A program made the translations under genes and the position numbers. Below are positions 32,601-42,607 of a DNA stretch of 64,000 nt, in pieces. The number at the start of each line of letters is the position of its first letter. Positions within the stretch are counted from its first letter, which is position 1. Origin of the DNA: an uncultured Hormoscilla sp. (GTDB taxonomy: Bacteria > Cyanobacteriota > Cyanobacteriia > Cyanobacteriales > Desertifilaceae); NCBI GenBank assembly GCA_963921275.4, contig OZ001293.3, forward strand, positions 4,128,001 to 4,192,000, written 5' to 3'. The notes beneath the pieces are model-generated. The model did not search any database. It had not been told where the DNA came from and saw only the letters and a list, made by a program, of their open reading frames with translations.

Positions 32601-33894
32601 TAATGGGGCGATCGCTGCTGAAAACTATTTCCACCTTTCCTGTAGGCATTATCCGCCCGATGCGGTTAGTTCTAGCAACATGGTGATTGGCAGAAATAGT
32701 GACTAAGCCACTGGGAGCCAGGAAACTACTACCCAGGGCCGCCACCCCCACGCGATCGACTTCAAAGGACTCAGCTAATTCAACAGCACCCTTCCAGAGG
32801 TAGATTTGGGTATATGCAGCTTCTATGGCGCTACTAATCACTCGTTTATTACCATACCGTTGCTGAAAATTATTGATAAATTTCCGATTGCTAGGTAGAT
32901 CTAGGCTTGGGAAATAGCTAGCACTGACGTAAGTACCCTGGGCATATCCACCTATCTCGTTCAGTTCCGCTGCCAAGACATTACAGGCTACGATCTTAAT
33001 TTCATCTGCTGTCATGCCTGACTCAAAATACTGGCGATAGAATGCCTGATTATTTTCTCCCGATAGAGTATTGACTATCGCATCAGGTTGGGTATGTTTT
33101 ATGTGGGCGATTGTTTCAGTGAAATCAACAGCATCTTTGGGCATGTAAGCCTCGCCAACCACAGTGCCACCTTGAATAGGGAGTTGGGATTTAATGATTT
33201 TGCTAGCCCTATGGGAGAAGACATCGTCTGCACCCAGGAGGTAGAAACGTTTTCTCCGGTGCTGTAGCAGCCAGGCGATCGCCGGTTCAACTTGTTGATT
33301 GATACAGGCTCCCGTATAGAATATATTTGGGTAGCATTCTAGACCCTCATACTGTAAGGGATACCAGAGTTGAGCATTAAACTCTTCTGCCACCAGCAAC
33401 AGTCTTTTCAGACTGGCCGATGTCGAGCACCCGAAGATCGTGGTAATCTGATTTTCTGCGATTATTTTTCTGGCTTTCTGCTCAAACCGATCTGAGTCAG
33501 AAACCTCGTCTGCTATCACCGGCCCTATCTTATGACCCAGTACTCCACCGGTTTCATTGATTTCGGCGATCGCCATTAGTTGAGCTTCCAGCATGGGGGC
33601 ATCGCCCAATGCCAGTGTTTCCTGGAGAGAGTGCAAGATGGCAACGGCCACCCGCTCAACCACTGCCGGTTTTGTATAAACCCGATCGCGCGCAGCTCTG
33701 AGAGCTTCTACACCTTGATATTGCGAACTGTTAATAAATGACATAGCTTGTGCCGGGAGCATCATGTACGGACTGACTCTACCTACAGACCGATGTTGCG
33801 GCTGCAAAATCGGATTATCGACAAGATGCTTCCCTGAGTGCCTGAGCTGGCGGTCTGTCCAAATGAGCGTCAAACCACCTTTGGTCACTGGCAC
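29614..33894 (-). CDS. Adenylate/guanylate cyclase with N-terminal UrtA/AmiC-type binding domain and multiple PAS domains (start uncertain)
   Basis: AIAEINETGGVLG / LWYPLQYEGLEC; PAS/PAC repeats; FADIVDFT, KIKTIGDAYM, YDLWGDAVNVASRMES. Confidence 0.88.
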   Translation of the reverse strand: MPVTKGGLTLIWTDRQLRHSGKHLVDNPILQPQHRSVGRVSPYMMLPAQAMSFINSSQYQGVEALRAARDRVYTKPAVVERVAVAILHSLQETLALGDAPMLEAQLMAIAEINETGGVLGHKIGPVIADEVSDSDRFEQKARKIIAENQITTIFGCSTSASLKRLLLVAEEFNAQLWYPLQYEGLECYPNIFYTGACINQQVEPAIAWLLQHRRKRFYLLGADDVFSHRASKIIKSQLPIQGGTVVGEAYMPKDAVDFTETIAHIKHTQPDAIVNTLSGENNQAFYRQYFESGMTADEIKIVACNVLAAELNEIGGYAQGTYVSASYFPSLDLPSNRKFINNFQQRYGNKRVISSAIEAAYTQIYLWKGAVELAESFEVDRVGVAALGSSFLAPSGLVTISANHHVARTNRIGRIMPTGKVEIVFSSDRPIKPLPWLGVEQSNFSTSEIEATLRSDGGKQRALFVAQDITELCLPGSPNSDGRHSSKRAEEALQAANAALEDKVQERTAALKESNDQLVAEIVKHQQAENALRAAKDQLEAVLAAVPGIVSWISSDLRYLEVNRHLANMFDLPPEAFVGKDIGFLGTSSEFKEFVRSFFASPQQETFREISAIVGGEPRNYLIVVQKYDGDRAAFTVGIDITERKRAEEELRATKEQLEAVLAAVPGIVSWISSDLRYLEVNRHLANMFDLPPEAFVGKDIGFLGTSNEFKEFVRSFFASRPQQDAFREISAVIKGSERNYLIVAQKYDGDRAVFTIGIDITDRKRVESDLRQAEARYRHLFENTVEGIFQTTPDGHYLSANPALARIYGYESPEQLIANITSIQDQLYLDPDRRSEFIQLLQSGDGVMSFESQIKHRDGRITWISENACAVLDENGNLLYYEGTVEDITERKQAELALQRANEELEIRVSERTAALRESNHQLRIEIAERQRMEAALRVSEAELRALFAAMTDIITVFDASGRYIKIVSTNSEVLYSPKAERLGKTVYEVLPAEQADFFVRNIQHVLNTGQTVNLEYCLPFENSQGKYSRIPCGSGAQSPIAKSTSSNSQEVWFSASVSPMPDNCVIWVARNITERKRMIDAMQEAEEKYRSIFENAAEGIYQSTPDGRYLSVNPALARMFGYSSPEELMSHLTNVAAELYVDPNRRMEFIAALELDDAVSHFESQVYRQNGNIIWTSENARTVRDEQGKLLYYEGIVEDITERKGAEETLLAEQEKSEGLLLNILPHPIAQRLKQDQHAIAERFDDVSIMFADIVDFTGLSADISPTRLVCQLNEIFSAFDQLALAHGLEKIKTIGDAYMVAGGLPTPRPDHPQAIAEMALDMQRKITQFKRDDGKPFHLRIGINTGPVVAGVIGLKKFAYDLWGDAVNVASRMESHGSVGGIQVTAATYDRLKSQFLFKERGAIDVKGKGKMNTYWLIGRKVK

Positions 33895-34200
33895 AATTTA
33901 CTGCTATTATAGCTTGAATAGCGGTTCTTTGAGAGGTTTTTACACCCTCGATCCCCGAAAATCCGTAACTTTCACTACTTTTGTACCTATTCCTACTTAT
34001 GTTCCCTAAATTTTTTCTCCAAGAGGATGCAACCATACCCGGTCATTTTACCCATAGCTTCTTCATTCCTTAAATTCGGTCTGTTCGATATGATTTCAGG
34101 AAAGACTGAAAAATTTGGAACTTCGAGGTAGTTGAGATGAGTGCATCCAGTTTAGCAATGAGCAAAAATACTCAGATATTTAACTATCACTAGCAGGCAG

Positions 34201-34350
34201 TATGATTAGTCTGTCGATTGTAATGTCAATAAGTACATAGGCAAAATTATTTTTATATAATATATAGACAACGCAAGCGTTTCAGGTATGTCCGATATAA
34301 AAATAATTTTGCATAACTACTTATGATTAGTTTGCCGATTGTAATGTCAA
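34201..34350. repeat. About 92-bp hairpin MITE between 29-bp direct repeats
   Basis: TATGATTAGT(C/T)TG(T/C)CGATTGTAATGTCAA at 34201 and 34322 flanking TAAGTA...GCAAAATTATTTTTATA / TATAAAAATAATTTTGC...TACTTA. Confidence 0.65.
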
Positions 34351-34416
34351 GTTTGACTCCTTGAGAATACTCCATTGAGATCAGCACAGCGATGCAGCAG
34401 AACCTGGGGGACATCT

Positions 34417-34832
34417 TTAGGCGTTCCACTGTCTCCCAGAGATCAAGAGGTCCGCCATCTGCTTAATAGTTGATTCCACCTCTCCCGAGCCAATCTTGCA
34501 TCCCCTCGGCTTGATAATAGCCATAGTTGACAATGCGGTGGCGATGCTTAGTGACATAGGTTCTGAAGTTATCCACGAGTGGATAGTCCCAGTCGTCAAA
34601 TTCTTTGAGGGCCGCTTCTACCTTGCCAGACCAGAGGAGGGCTTTTACTCGTGCCAGTCGCTGACAAGACCCGCCGACAATTTCTACGGTTTTCCATCAA
34701 GTGATACCAATCGAGGATTTCAAGACGGAAGGTGGTCGGACCAATCAAGGCAAACAGGTTCCAAACACCATCATGGCCATCCCCGAGACTTACTAACGGA
34801 TTCGCGGCTGGGCTGCTGATTGACCCATTCAA
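34417..34832 (-). mobile_element. ISKra4-family transposase remnant
   Basis: LGDGHDGVWNL, EILDWYHLMEN, IGSGEVESTIKQ. Confidence 0.75.
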
Positions 34833-35142
34833 CTAGTCGAGCATTGTATACGCCATGTTTACTAAATTGTCAGATATAGTACGTATTACAAAAAATCGTG
34901 CAGTTGTAATCTGACCGATAAATTACTTATTACAAGATATGTTACAACTTGTCGTGCGGAAAGTGGGTTACACAGTTGCAAGGCTGGATTTAGCATCCAC
35001 TCCACATCTTCAGAGAATATTTAATTTTTCTGCGGTCGTAGCTAAAACCTTGACCTTTTTTGATGTAGCAATGCAGCATGTATAGTCATTTGCTACATAA
35101 ATCTAGTCTAACTAACGGTCTAGAAGTCCCTCGCCACCCTCA

Positions 35143-36120
35143 CTAACTAATCGTAACATTTTGGCCTACCACCGCTCTCACTCTATAGATAGGTCTGTCC
35201 TGAGATTCGTGGTAAGTCCGCATCAACAGTTCCCCCAGCAAACCGAAGCAAAACAGCTGCACTCCGGTCACTAGGAGTACCACCGCCAGAATCAGCAGTG
35301 GTCTGCCGCCGATCTCCTGTCCTAATGCTAGCTTGAGGACCGTCAGATATGCCCCGAGGACCACTCCCAACAGCAGGGAGAGTAAGCCCATCGAGCCAAA
35401 GATATGCATGGGGCGAGTAAGAAACTTTTTCATAAACCAAATGGTTAATAAATCCATCAACACCCGGAAGGTCCGTCCCAGGCCATACTTACTGCTGCCA
35501 TGGCGGCGGGCGTGGTGACGAACTGGTAACTCGGCAATTCTCGCTCCTTCAATAAATGCTAGGGCGGGTAAAAATCTGTGCAACTCTCCATAGAGATTCA
35601 TGTCCGCCACCAGTTCCTCACGGTAAGCTTTGAGGGAACAACCATAGTCGTGCAGCTTTACCCCAGTGACTTTCCCGATCAGGAAGTTGGCAATTTGGGA
35701 AGGAAGTAGGCGGGTGAGGGCAGCATCCTGCCTGTTTTGACGCCAACCGCTCACTAGGTCATACCCCTCGGCCAACTTGTTGACAAGCAGGGGAATATCA
35801 GCAGGATCGTTCTGTAAGTCCCCATCTAAGGAGACAATGACTTGGCCTTGGGCATATTTGAACCCAGCGGCCATTGCCGCTGTTTGACCGTAGTTACGGC
35901 GTAGCAGGATGCCTTTGAGGTTTGGGGTCTTCTCTGCCAGTTGGGTGAGTAAGGCGGTTGACCCATCGGTTGAGCCGTCATCGACGCAGATGATTTCGTA
36001 ACTTAGCTGAGTTTCTCTCAAGCTCAGGCCGATCGCCTCTATCAGGTGGGGCAAGCTCTCCACTTCATTGTAAATTGGCACAACCACTGATAATTCTGGC
36101 TTGACAGGGGGTTCTGGCAT
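35143..36120 (-). CDS. Glycosyltransferase family 2 (ArnC/GtrB-like)
   Basis: SVVVPIYNE, VDDGSTD, DGDLQNDP, two C-terminal TM helices. Confidence 0.92.
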   Translation of the reverse strand: MPEPPVKPELSVVVPIYNEVESLPHLIEAIGLSLRETQLSYEIICVDDGSTDGSTALLTQLAEKTPNLKGILLRRNYGQTAAMAAGFKYAQGQVIVSLDGDLQNDPADIPLLVNKLAEGYDLVSGWRQNRQDAALTRLLPSQIANFLIGKVTGVKLHDYGCSLKAYREELVADMNLYGELHRFLPALAFIEGARIAELPVRHHARRHGSSKYGLGRTFRVLMDLLTIWFMKKFLTRPMHIFGSMGLLSLLLGVVLGAYLTVLKLALGQEIGGRPLLILAVVLLVTGVQLFCFGLLGELLMRTYHESQDRPIYRVRAVVGQNVTIS

Positions 36121-36138
36121 GGGGACTGTTCGTTATAT

Positions 36139-37149
36139 CTAATCGGGCCTTTCCGGGGGTCCGTCGCTCCCTGGTTGATGCAGCCAGGCCAAAAGAGCAC
36201 CGCAAGCTTCTGCCAGAATACTGACAAGACGATATAAGGTGACAGCACTAAGCACAATGGCTGGGGAATATTCTCCAGACAGTTGGGCGATCGCCGTTGC
36301 TTCAAACACTCCAATTCCTCCGGGGGCTCCTGGGAGCACCAAACCTAGCAGCCATGATAAACTAAAAGCACTCATTAGTTGCGGGATCTGGAGCGGACTG
36401 AGGGGGCCGAAAGCATGCATAGTTAACAAAAATCCCATGGCTCGCAGTTCTAAGAAGCCCAATTCTCCCAGCAATGGCAGCAGGGGGTAGCAGTTTACTC
36501 TGAACGTCCGGTCACTGCCCTTGAATAAAGCCAACTGCTTCAGCAGTGGGTTCAAAACCAAAGGATGCACTGCCATTAACATCATAGCAACCATCGACAC
36601 CCCCGTCAACCCCCGATTTAAGAGTGGACTGCCGATGGCGGCGATGGATAAGGCAGCTGCTGCCATCAGTAGCAGTTCCATTAACAGGCTCAGAGTCCCC
36701 ACTGTCAGGGGAACTCCTGTGGCCGTTGCTGTCCTAACTCTACCGTAGAAATGCCAAACGTTCCCAGGCAAATACTTGGCAATGTTAGTTTTCAGGTAAA
36801 CCCCCACGCACCACATCCTGTCTACCGGTTGGTCAAGGAACCGCAGAATCCAACTCCAGACCCAGCCTGACCAGATATGGGCTACCAGCGTTACCAAAAG
36901 GGCGATCGCCATATATCCCCACCCTGACTTCCCCAGCTCGAGCCCTAGCACTTCCTGCCAGTTATCCTTCAAGGCTTTGGCCAAGAAGAATATAGTCCCA
37001 CCCAATAATACCCATCCCAGGTAGGGTTTGAGGCGCTTGACAATTCCGAAGGTGGCTTTCATACCTAATTTATGATGATCTTTCCATTTTTCCATTTTCC
37101 ACAGCCATGCTAGCCCAGTCTTGGGGTTTTTACTCGAGCTGACTAGCAC
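36139..37149 (-). CDS. Lysylphosphatidylglycerol synthase-like (UPF0104) flippase membrane protein (start uncertain)
   Basis: AKYLPGNVW, PGAPGGIGVFE. Confidence 0.8.
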   Translation of the reverse strand: MLVSSSKNPKTGLAWLWKMEKWKDHHKLGMKATFGIVKRLKPYLGWVLLGGTIFFLAKALKDNWQEVLGLELGKSGWGYMAIALLVTLVAHIWSGWVWSWILRFLDQPVDRMWCVGVYLKTNIAKYLPGNVWHFYGRVRTATATGVPLTVGTLSLLMELLLMAAAALSIAAIGSPLLNRGLTGVSMVAMMLMAVHPLVLNPLLKQLALFKGSDRTFRVNCYPLLPLLGELGFLELRAMGFLLTMHAFGPLSPLQIPQLMSAFSLSWLLGLVLPGAPGGIGVFEATAIAQLSGEYSPAIVLSAVTLYRLVSILAEACGALLAWLHQPGSDGPPERPD

Positions 37150-37189
37150 TAGATTGTACTGCTACTCTATTTCCGATATTAAGCTTGGG

Positions 37190-39385
37190 GTGCGATTCGT
37201 TTAGCGTAAACTACCGGCACTAGCTGGATAGGGGACCGCTAGCAGGGTTCCATTTGCCCTGATAACTTACAGATGATGGTGGTGAAAGTCCACCCCTCCA
37301 GGTGCAGGAGTGACAGCACCATCCCTACGGTAGAGATGGCATCAATCCGTAAAGCGGGAAGGAAAGGCGCAATGACTGGTAGCCTAAGCCAGTCACCGTC
37401 GAGCAAGTAGTCATGATGAGTATAAAACAAAGATTTGCAGCGTCGTTACGATAAACCAGTGAAATAAGGCTGACACACTGGCCCCAAAAGGGGGGAAGGA
37501 TACAGGTCGTTGGCGGATTCCCAAGCCGACCAACAAGCACTGACAACAAACCCGGCGCATGGAATCCATCTAAAGCTACAACCAATCATCTGTAGGAACG
37601 AAGTAACCCGGTTATGTACTCTCTACCACCGGTCGATAGGTAGAGTAGCCACCAAAGGCGTAACATCTGCTTCCATCAGGCAGGTCATAACCGGGAAGGA
37701 TTTCGTGGAGAAGCTAACGCCTATCTGTAATGGATAGGATATGCTGACGCCCTCACGGTAATGTCAAATGTGAAGTCTTAAGTAGTGGTATATACGTTAT
37801 GAGCACGGCGTTTAATAAGCGACCGATGAATGAATGGAAAACCATCCTCTGGCGAAAGCTAGAGCGGAGGGTTTTCAAAGCTACAAAAAAGAATTTACAG
37901 AGCGGCACAACGTGGTGATAAGCGGATAGTTCGCAAGCTCCAGAGGTTACTGGTGAAATCCTGGTCAGCCAAGTGCTTGGCAGTACGACGGGTAACACAA
38001 GACAATCAGGGAAAGAAGACTGCTGGTGTGGATGGTGTGAAAGCACTAACCCCAAAGCAGCGACTAGAACTGGTAGGACAGCTAAAGGTCTCAAACAAGG
38101 CTAAACCCGCGCGGCGCGTGTGGATACCAAAGCCAGGGAGAGACGAAAAGCGTCCATTAGGGATACCGGTGATGTATGACCGTGCACTACAAGGGTTAGT
38201 CAAACAGGCGCTAGAGCCCGAATGGGAAGCGTACATGGAACCTAACTCATATGGCTTCAGACCAGGCAGAGGATGCCATGACGCAATAGAGGCAATATTC
38301 AACAGCATCAAACAAAAGCCTAAATGGGTGTTAGATGCGGATATCGCCAAATGCTTTGACAGGATTGACCATAATGCACTGCTCAGAAAATTAAATACCT
38401 CGCCTATCTTTCGTAGACAAATACGCGCCTGGTTAAAAGCCGGTGTGATAGACGTAGGACAGATGTTTGAAACACCCGAAGGAACCCCTCAAGGTGGGGT
38501 TATATCACCCTTACTGGCCAATGTGGCCCTACATGGACTGGAGGGAGAGGTCTTATCTATAGCTGGAAACGGAATCAACAAACGGAACGAAATGACAGTA
38601 GTCAGATACGCCGATGATTTTGTAGTACTGCATAAAGACCGCAACACAATAGATCAAGCGCAGAAGGTCATAGCAGAGTGGCTGAAAGGAATAGGGTTAG
38701 AACTCAAGCCCGAGAAAACGAATGTAACCCATACGCTGCACGGCGACACCCTGGGATTTGACTTCCTAGGATTCAATGTAAGGCAGTATAAGGTTGGTAA
38801 ATATCATACCGGAAAAAACACAGGCGGAAAACCCCTAGGATATAAAACCCTCGTCAAACCCAGTAAGAAAGCCATAGACAAACACAAGAAAGAGTTAGCA
38901 AGGATAGTAACTGGCCACAAGGCAGCCCCACAGGCAGTCCTAATAAGCAGGTTAAACCCAGTGATACGAGGATGGGCTAACTACTTTAGAACAGGAGTGA
39001 GCAAAGAAACTCACTCCGACATGGACAATTATCTATGGAAAATTCTGTGGAATTGGGCGAGACACCCCAACAAATCAAGGCACTGGATAGCCAGGAAATA
39101 TTGGTCAACTGACCAAGATGAAAAATGGCGATTCCGATGTCAGGTAGATGAAGGGGAGCTAGAGTTATATCAACACGCAAGTGTAGAGATAGTCAGGCAC
39201 GTCAAGGTCAAAGGAACGACCAGCCCATACGACGGGAACCTCACCTACTGGAGCACAAGGCTAGGCAAAAGCCCAGAGCTAAATACCCGAGTGGCCAAGC
39301 TGCTCAAGAGGCAAAAGGGCAAATGCCAACACTGCGAACTAATATTCATGGATGGTGACAAGTGGGAAGTAGACCACATCAAGCG
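37190..39385 (+). mobile_element. RT-encoding group II intron, 3'-truncated (no domains V-VI)
   Basis: 5' GTGCGATTCGTT; EBS1 CCCAAG (37520-37525) matches IBS1 CTTGGG (37184-37189); RT ORF inside. Confidence 0.88.
37799..39385 (+). pseudogene. ltrA: Group II intron reverse transcriptase/maturase, +1 frameshift near 37877, HNH domain truncated
   Basis: WRKLERRVFK / LQKRIYRA, GTPQGGVISP, YADD, NPVIRGWANY, KGKCQHC...EVDHI. Confidence 0.9.
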
Positions 39386-39822
39386 TATCCCAAGTATTAC
39401 TCCGGGCATTTGCTTCTTAGGCCATCTCTCCCGCTCGCGGCTTGCGCTTCACATCTGACTGGTCCTAACGGACAACACACGAGGGGTTACTTCGTTCCCT
39501 GGTCTCCGGAGCGCGATGCCTTTAGGTTCCTACTATACCCCAGTAGCTATTTGAGTACGTTGTTAGCCAGGAGTGATAACTAACACTAGCTACAGTTACT
39601 TTTGTGCTGGCGCATAAAGCCTTATTTCGCCAGTTTTGGTTGACGAGGTTTATATAGGTTCGCTTGCTCTAACCTTGGACATCTGAGAGCGCGGAGTTAC
39701 CAGCCGTAGCTGCTAGCTATCCTACATTTGAGTCCTCGCTTAGCACCACGGTGATGTTATTCCGCAGCACCGAGGACCGGTGTTACCCCCGTACTTGGGG
39801 AGGGGGAATTTAACCCCCATGG
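39386..39822 (-). ncRNA. Fragment (about domains I-III) of another group II intron, inverted
   Basis: Colinear similarity to 16058-16495; lacks the GTGCG 5' end and domains V-VI. Confidence 0.8.
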
Positions 39823-40470
39823 TACTGGCATCAAGAGTTGCCGACCTTTATTCATTACTCCTTTAAGCCAGCGCAGACCGCTCTTGAGATAGCTGATACC
39901 TCGTAGCAGATGGGGATCTACCTCTCGTCGTAGACCAACAAGAAGAACAGCCATGCCTTGGGTCGTGGCGTAAAGCATGGCTACGGCAGTAACGGGTGTA
40001 GAGCCGCGATTGGTGCTGGGGCTGAGCGAATGCGGGAATCTTCAAGTTCAAACGCTCCCGACTTGCTATCCAAAAACAGTTCTTCTACCTGAAACCGCAA
40101 ACCGTATTGCCATAGAGTTTGTAAGCTAGGGGGCTCGGAGGTGATAAGCCCAGGGCTCCTTGACTCCTTTAACATTAGCTAATACAAGATGGAGCGCGAT
40201 GCTTCCCATCAAGCCAGAGACCAACATTGCGCTTCTTCGACCGCTTCCCCTTTAGGTGGCCACAGATAGCTGACTTCAATGGGATAACGACTCCGGCCAT
40301 GTAGCAATACATCACAGGGCAATCCCAGGCAGTAGTGCCAACAAAAGGCTTGTAACTAACCCATCGATGTCTCCTGTGTGCCGAGTCCCCTGGGACGAAA
40401 GCAAGGAGCAGAGATATCGAAAGATCGTGGTTAGCTTTGCCCCGGTCTGCTAACAACATCACATCTCTAT
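39823..40470 (-). mobile_element. IS4-family transposase pseudogene
   Basis: LLADRG, YGLRFQVEELFLDSKSGAFELEDSRIR; multiple frameshifts. Confidence 0.75.
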
Positions 40471-40489
40471 GTTGACGCTTCGGGCCACG

Positions 40490-40761
40490 GATTTCACGTG
40501 ATTACAAGATATGAAGATGCTCGCACTATTCTCACCAGTCTCAACTTCAGCGCCGATCGTAGTGCGTTCCTTGTCTCCCAAATGGCGAATGTCGATCTCT
40601 CCATAATGAAGGATTGGTTTCCCATCATTCAGAGAATGATGGTGACAAGTGATGGTAAAGAGCATGAAATACGTCGCCAAAGTGCTTCTATGGGGATTAG
40701 TGATCGTTGGGTTGACTATTTTAAATCTACAACCCGCAAAATTGTCAAATCACTCTTATGA
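40490..40761 (+). pseudogene. Cytochrome P450 N-terminal fragment
   Basis: ITRYEDARTIL...FSADR...MMVTSDGKEHEIRR pattern. Confidence 0.55.
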
Positions 40762-40774
40762 ATGAGGATTTAAT

Positions 40775-41186
40775 AAGATTTAGGGGTACTCAACCCGGCC
40801 ATTCCTGAAAATCGCGAAGGCTTAATTGTGGCCACCTTCTTAATACTCGTGGCGATCGCAGGTAAAGTGATTACAGGTTGGACAGTCTTTGGCAAAGTCA
40901 AACTTAACCGCTTGGCGATCGGGATCGGCATGATTCCCCGGGGAGTACCACTTGACATGCGTGATAATATTTTATATCACGCTATGTCAAGTGATACTGG
41001 GGGGAAGTAGGACTGGTATTTGCTGGCATTGGTTCAGCCAGTGGGGTCCTCAGCGAATCTTTAGAAGCTGCTATTATCATTATGGTGATTCTCACTACCT
41101 TTTTAGCACCTCCCCTTTTACGGCTGACCTTTAAGGAACCCGCTGCTGTTCTAGAACCCGTGCAAGAAGCAGAGAAGGTGAATTAA
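40775..41186 (+). pseudogene. Na+/H+ antiporter (CPA2, NhaS3-like) C-terminal fragment interrupted by a 55-bp hairpin
   Basis: DLGVLNP...LAIGIGMIPRG [insert 40944-40998] EVGLVFAGIG...MVILTTFLAPPLLR. Confidence 0.8.
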
Positions 41187-41242
41187 AATCCCGAGGGGCG
41201 ATCGCTCCTATAATAGCAGGGGCTGCTATTATAGGAGTGAAA

Positions 41243-41355
41243 GGCGTTGCACATTTTGGGGATGATGTCATTGTTTGCACATAACTGAAAGTGGCTTATA
41301 GTCTACGTTTAAGACTTATGCAAAGAGACCCATCATCCCGTGATTGTGCAACGCC
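41243..41355. mobile_element. 113-bp MITE
   Basis: TIR GGCGTTGCACA / TGTGCAACGCC; 9-bp TSD GGAGTGAAA. Confidence 0.85.
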
Positions 41356-41367
41356 GGAGTGAAAAAT

Positions 41368-41697
41368 CTAATCATCACGGACATGATGGTGCGATCGCTC
41401 ACTATTTACCCTAGGGTCGAAGCTTGCCATTGCTTTAGCTAATCGATGCAGATTTGCCTGAGAGCGATGATAGTTTACCAGGAATGTCTCTATCGCACCG
41501 ATGCAAGCCTCCCTTGTGTTAGCAATCAAGGCTTCGTAATGCTCTGGTGTCAGCATATAAGCCACGGTTTCGCCATTACGGATAATCAGCAGATCTGACT
41601 CCTTGACCATCTCGGTTATCTTGGCAGTATTTTTTAGATCGGTTATTTTAACGTGCTGCATGGGGAAGTTGGGGTCTTTAATAACGTTGCTGGCCAT
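41368..41697 (-). CDS. Phd/YefM-like antitoxin (no partner toxin seen)
   Basis: VKITDLK...LLIIRNGETVAYMLTPEHYEAL. Confidence 0.6.
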   Translation of the reverse strand: MASNVIKDPNFPMQHVKITDLKNTAKITEMVKESDLLIIRNGETVAYMLTPEHYEALIANTREACIGAIETFLVNYHRSQANLHRLAKAMASFDPRVNSERSHHHVRDD

Positions 41698-41857
41698 AGG
41701 TATGGTATAATTTGGATAGTTCTCTTGTGATGACGTTTAGTTTGGCGATAAATTTCCTAAGCTGTCGCGCTATTAAATTGCATAGGTCGAAAAGCTGAGA
41801 CCCAAGTTAAAAATTGCTTTCCCTATTTTGAATTTTTTATTTTGAATTTTTAATTGC

Positions 41858-42397
41858 TTAAGTACCTGCTCCCGGGGGCCAGGTAGTGAGCAAGAAAACC
41901 ACGACAGCAGAGAGGGCCAACAAGCCCTGAATCAAGTTTCCCACCAGGGAACCCACGACAATGCCAATTCCTGCTCTAAAGGCTAGCTGAACTCGCGGCC
42001 CGAATTCCAAATTCTTGCGGTAGAGAAACTCGCAGACAAATGCGCCCAACAGGGGTCCGACCAACATTCCCACCAAGGGTCCGCCAAAGGGCAAAGCTGG
42101 CAATAACCCCAAAATTCCTAGCACTAAGCCGATCATCGCTCCAGTTTGCCCCCATTTGCTAGCACCTGCCTGTTTGGCTCCCACATAAGTTGCGACAACA
42201 TCAGTCACGATATTCAGCAGCACTACTATGAAAGTAAATCCCAGGGCCCAGGTGACCGTGCTAAAACCATTCAGCATGCCCCAAATGGCGATCGCCGCTA
42301 AAATCAAGATGCCTCTGGGAAGACTGGGAACAAAGGATCCGATAATGCCCGCAAGCATGACCACCACTAACAGCCAATAAATAACTACTGTACTCAT
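41858..42397 (-). CDS. DUF456 family membrane protein
   Basis: GAKQAGASKWG, GPLLGAF. Confidence 0.85.
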   Translation of the reverse strand: MSTVVIYWLLVVVMLAGIIGSFVPSLPRGILILAAIAIWGMLNGFSTVTWALGFTFIVVLLNIVTDVVATYVGAKQAGASKWGQTGAMIGLVLGILGLLPALPFGGPLVGMLVGPLLGAFVCEFLYRKNLEFGPRVQLAFRAGIGIVVGSLVGNLIQGLLALSAVVVFLLTTWPPGAGT

Positions 42398-42607
42398 ATT
42401 TCAGTTTTTTACATCACTACCGGGATCCCCCCCAACCCTCCTTACCAAGGGGGGAGAAGAATTATCGCCCCCCTTTTTAAGATACTGTGGGGTAATCGAC
42501 TGGGGGGCGACGCCCCTCATCAAGCCCAAAGGACCACCAAGAGAGGAATTTCTCCCCACTCCCCACTCCCCCCTAGCAGATATCTCGTAATTCGCCCACA
42601 GTATCTT

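Noticed and set aside
37799..39458. RT as a retron, DGR or defence RT
   Set aside because: Has group II maturase and HNH-start motifs and lies within a GTGCG-initiated intron with EBS1/IBS1 pairing
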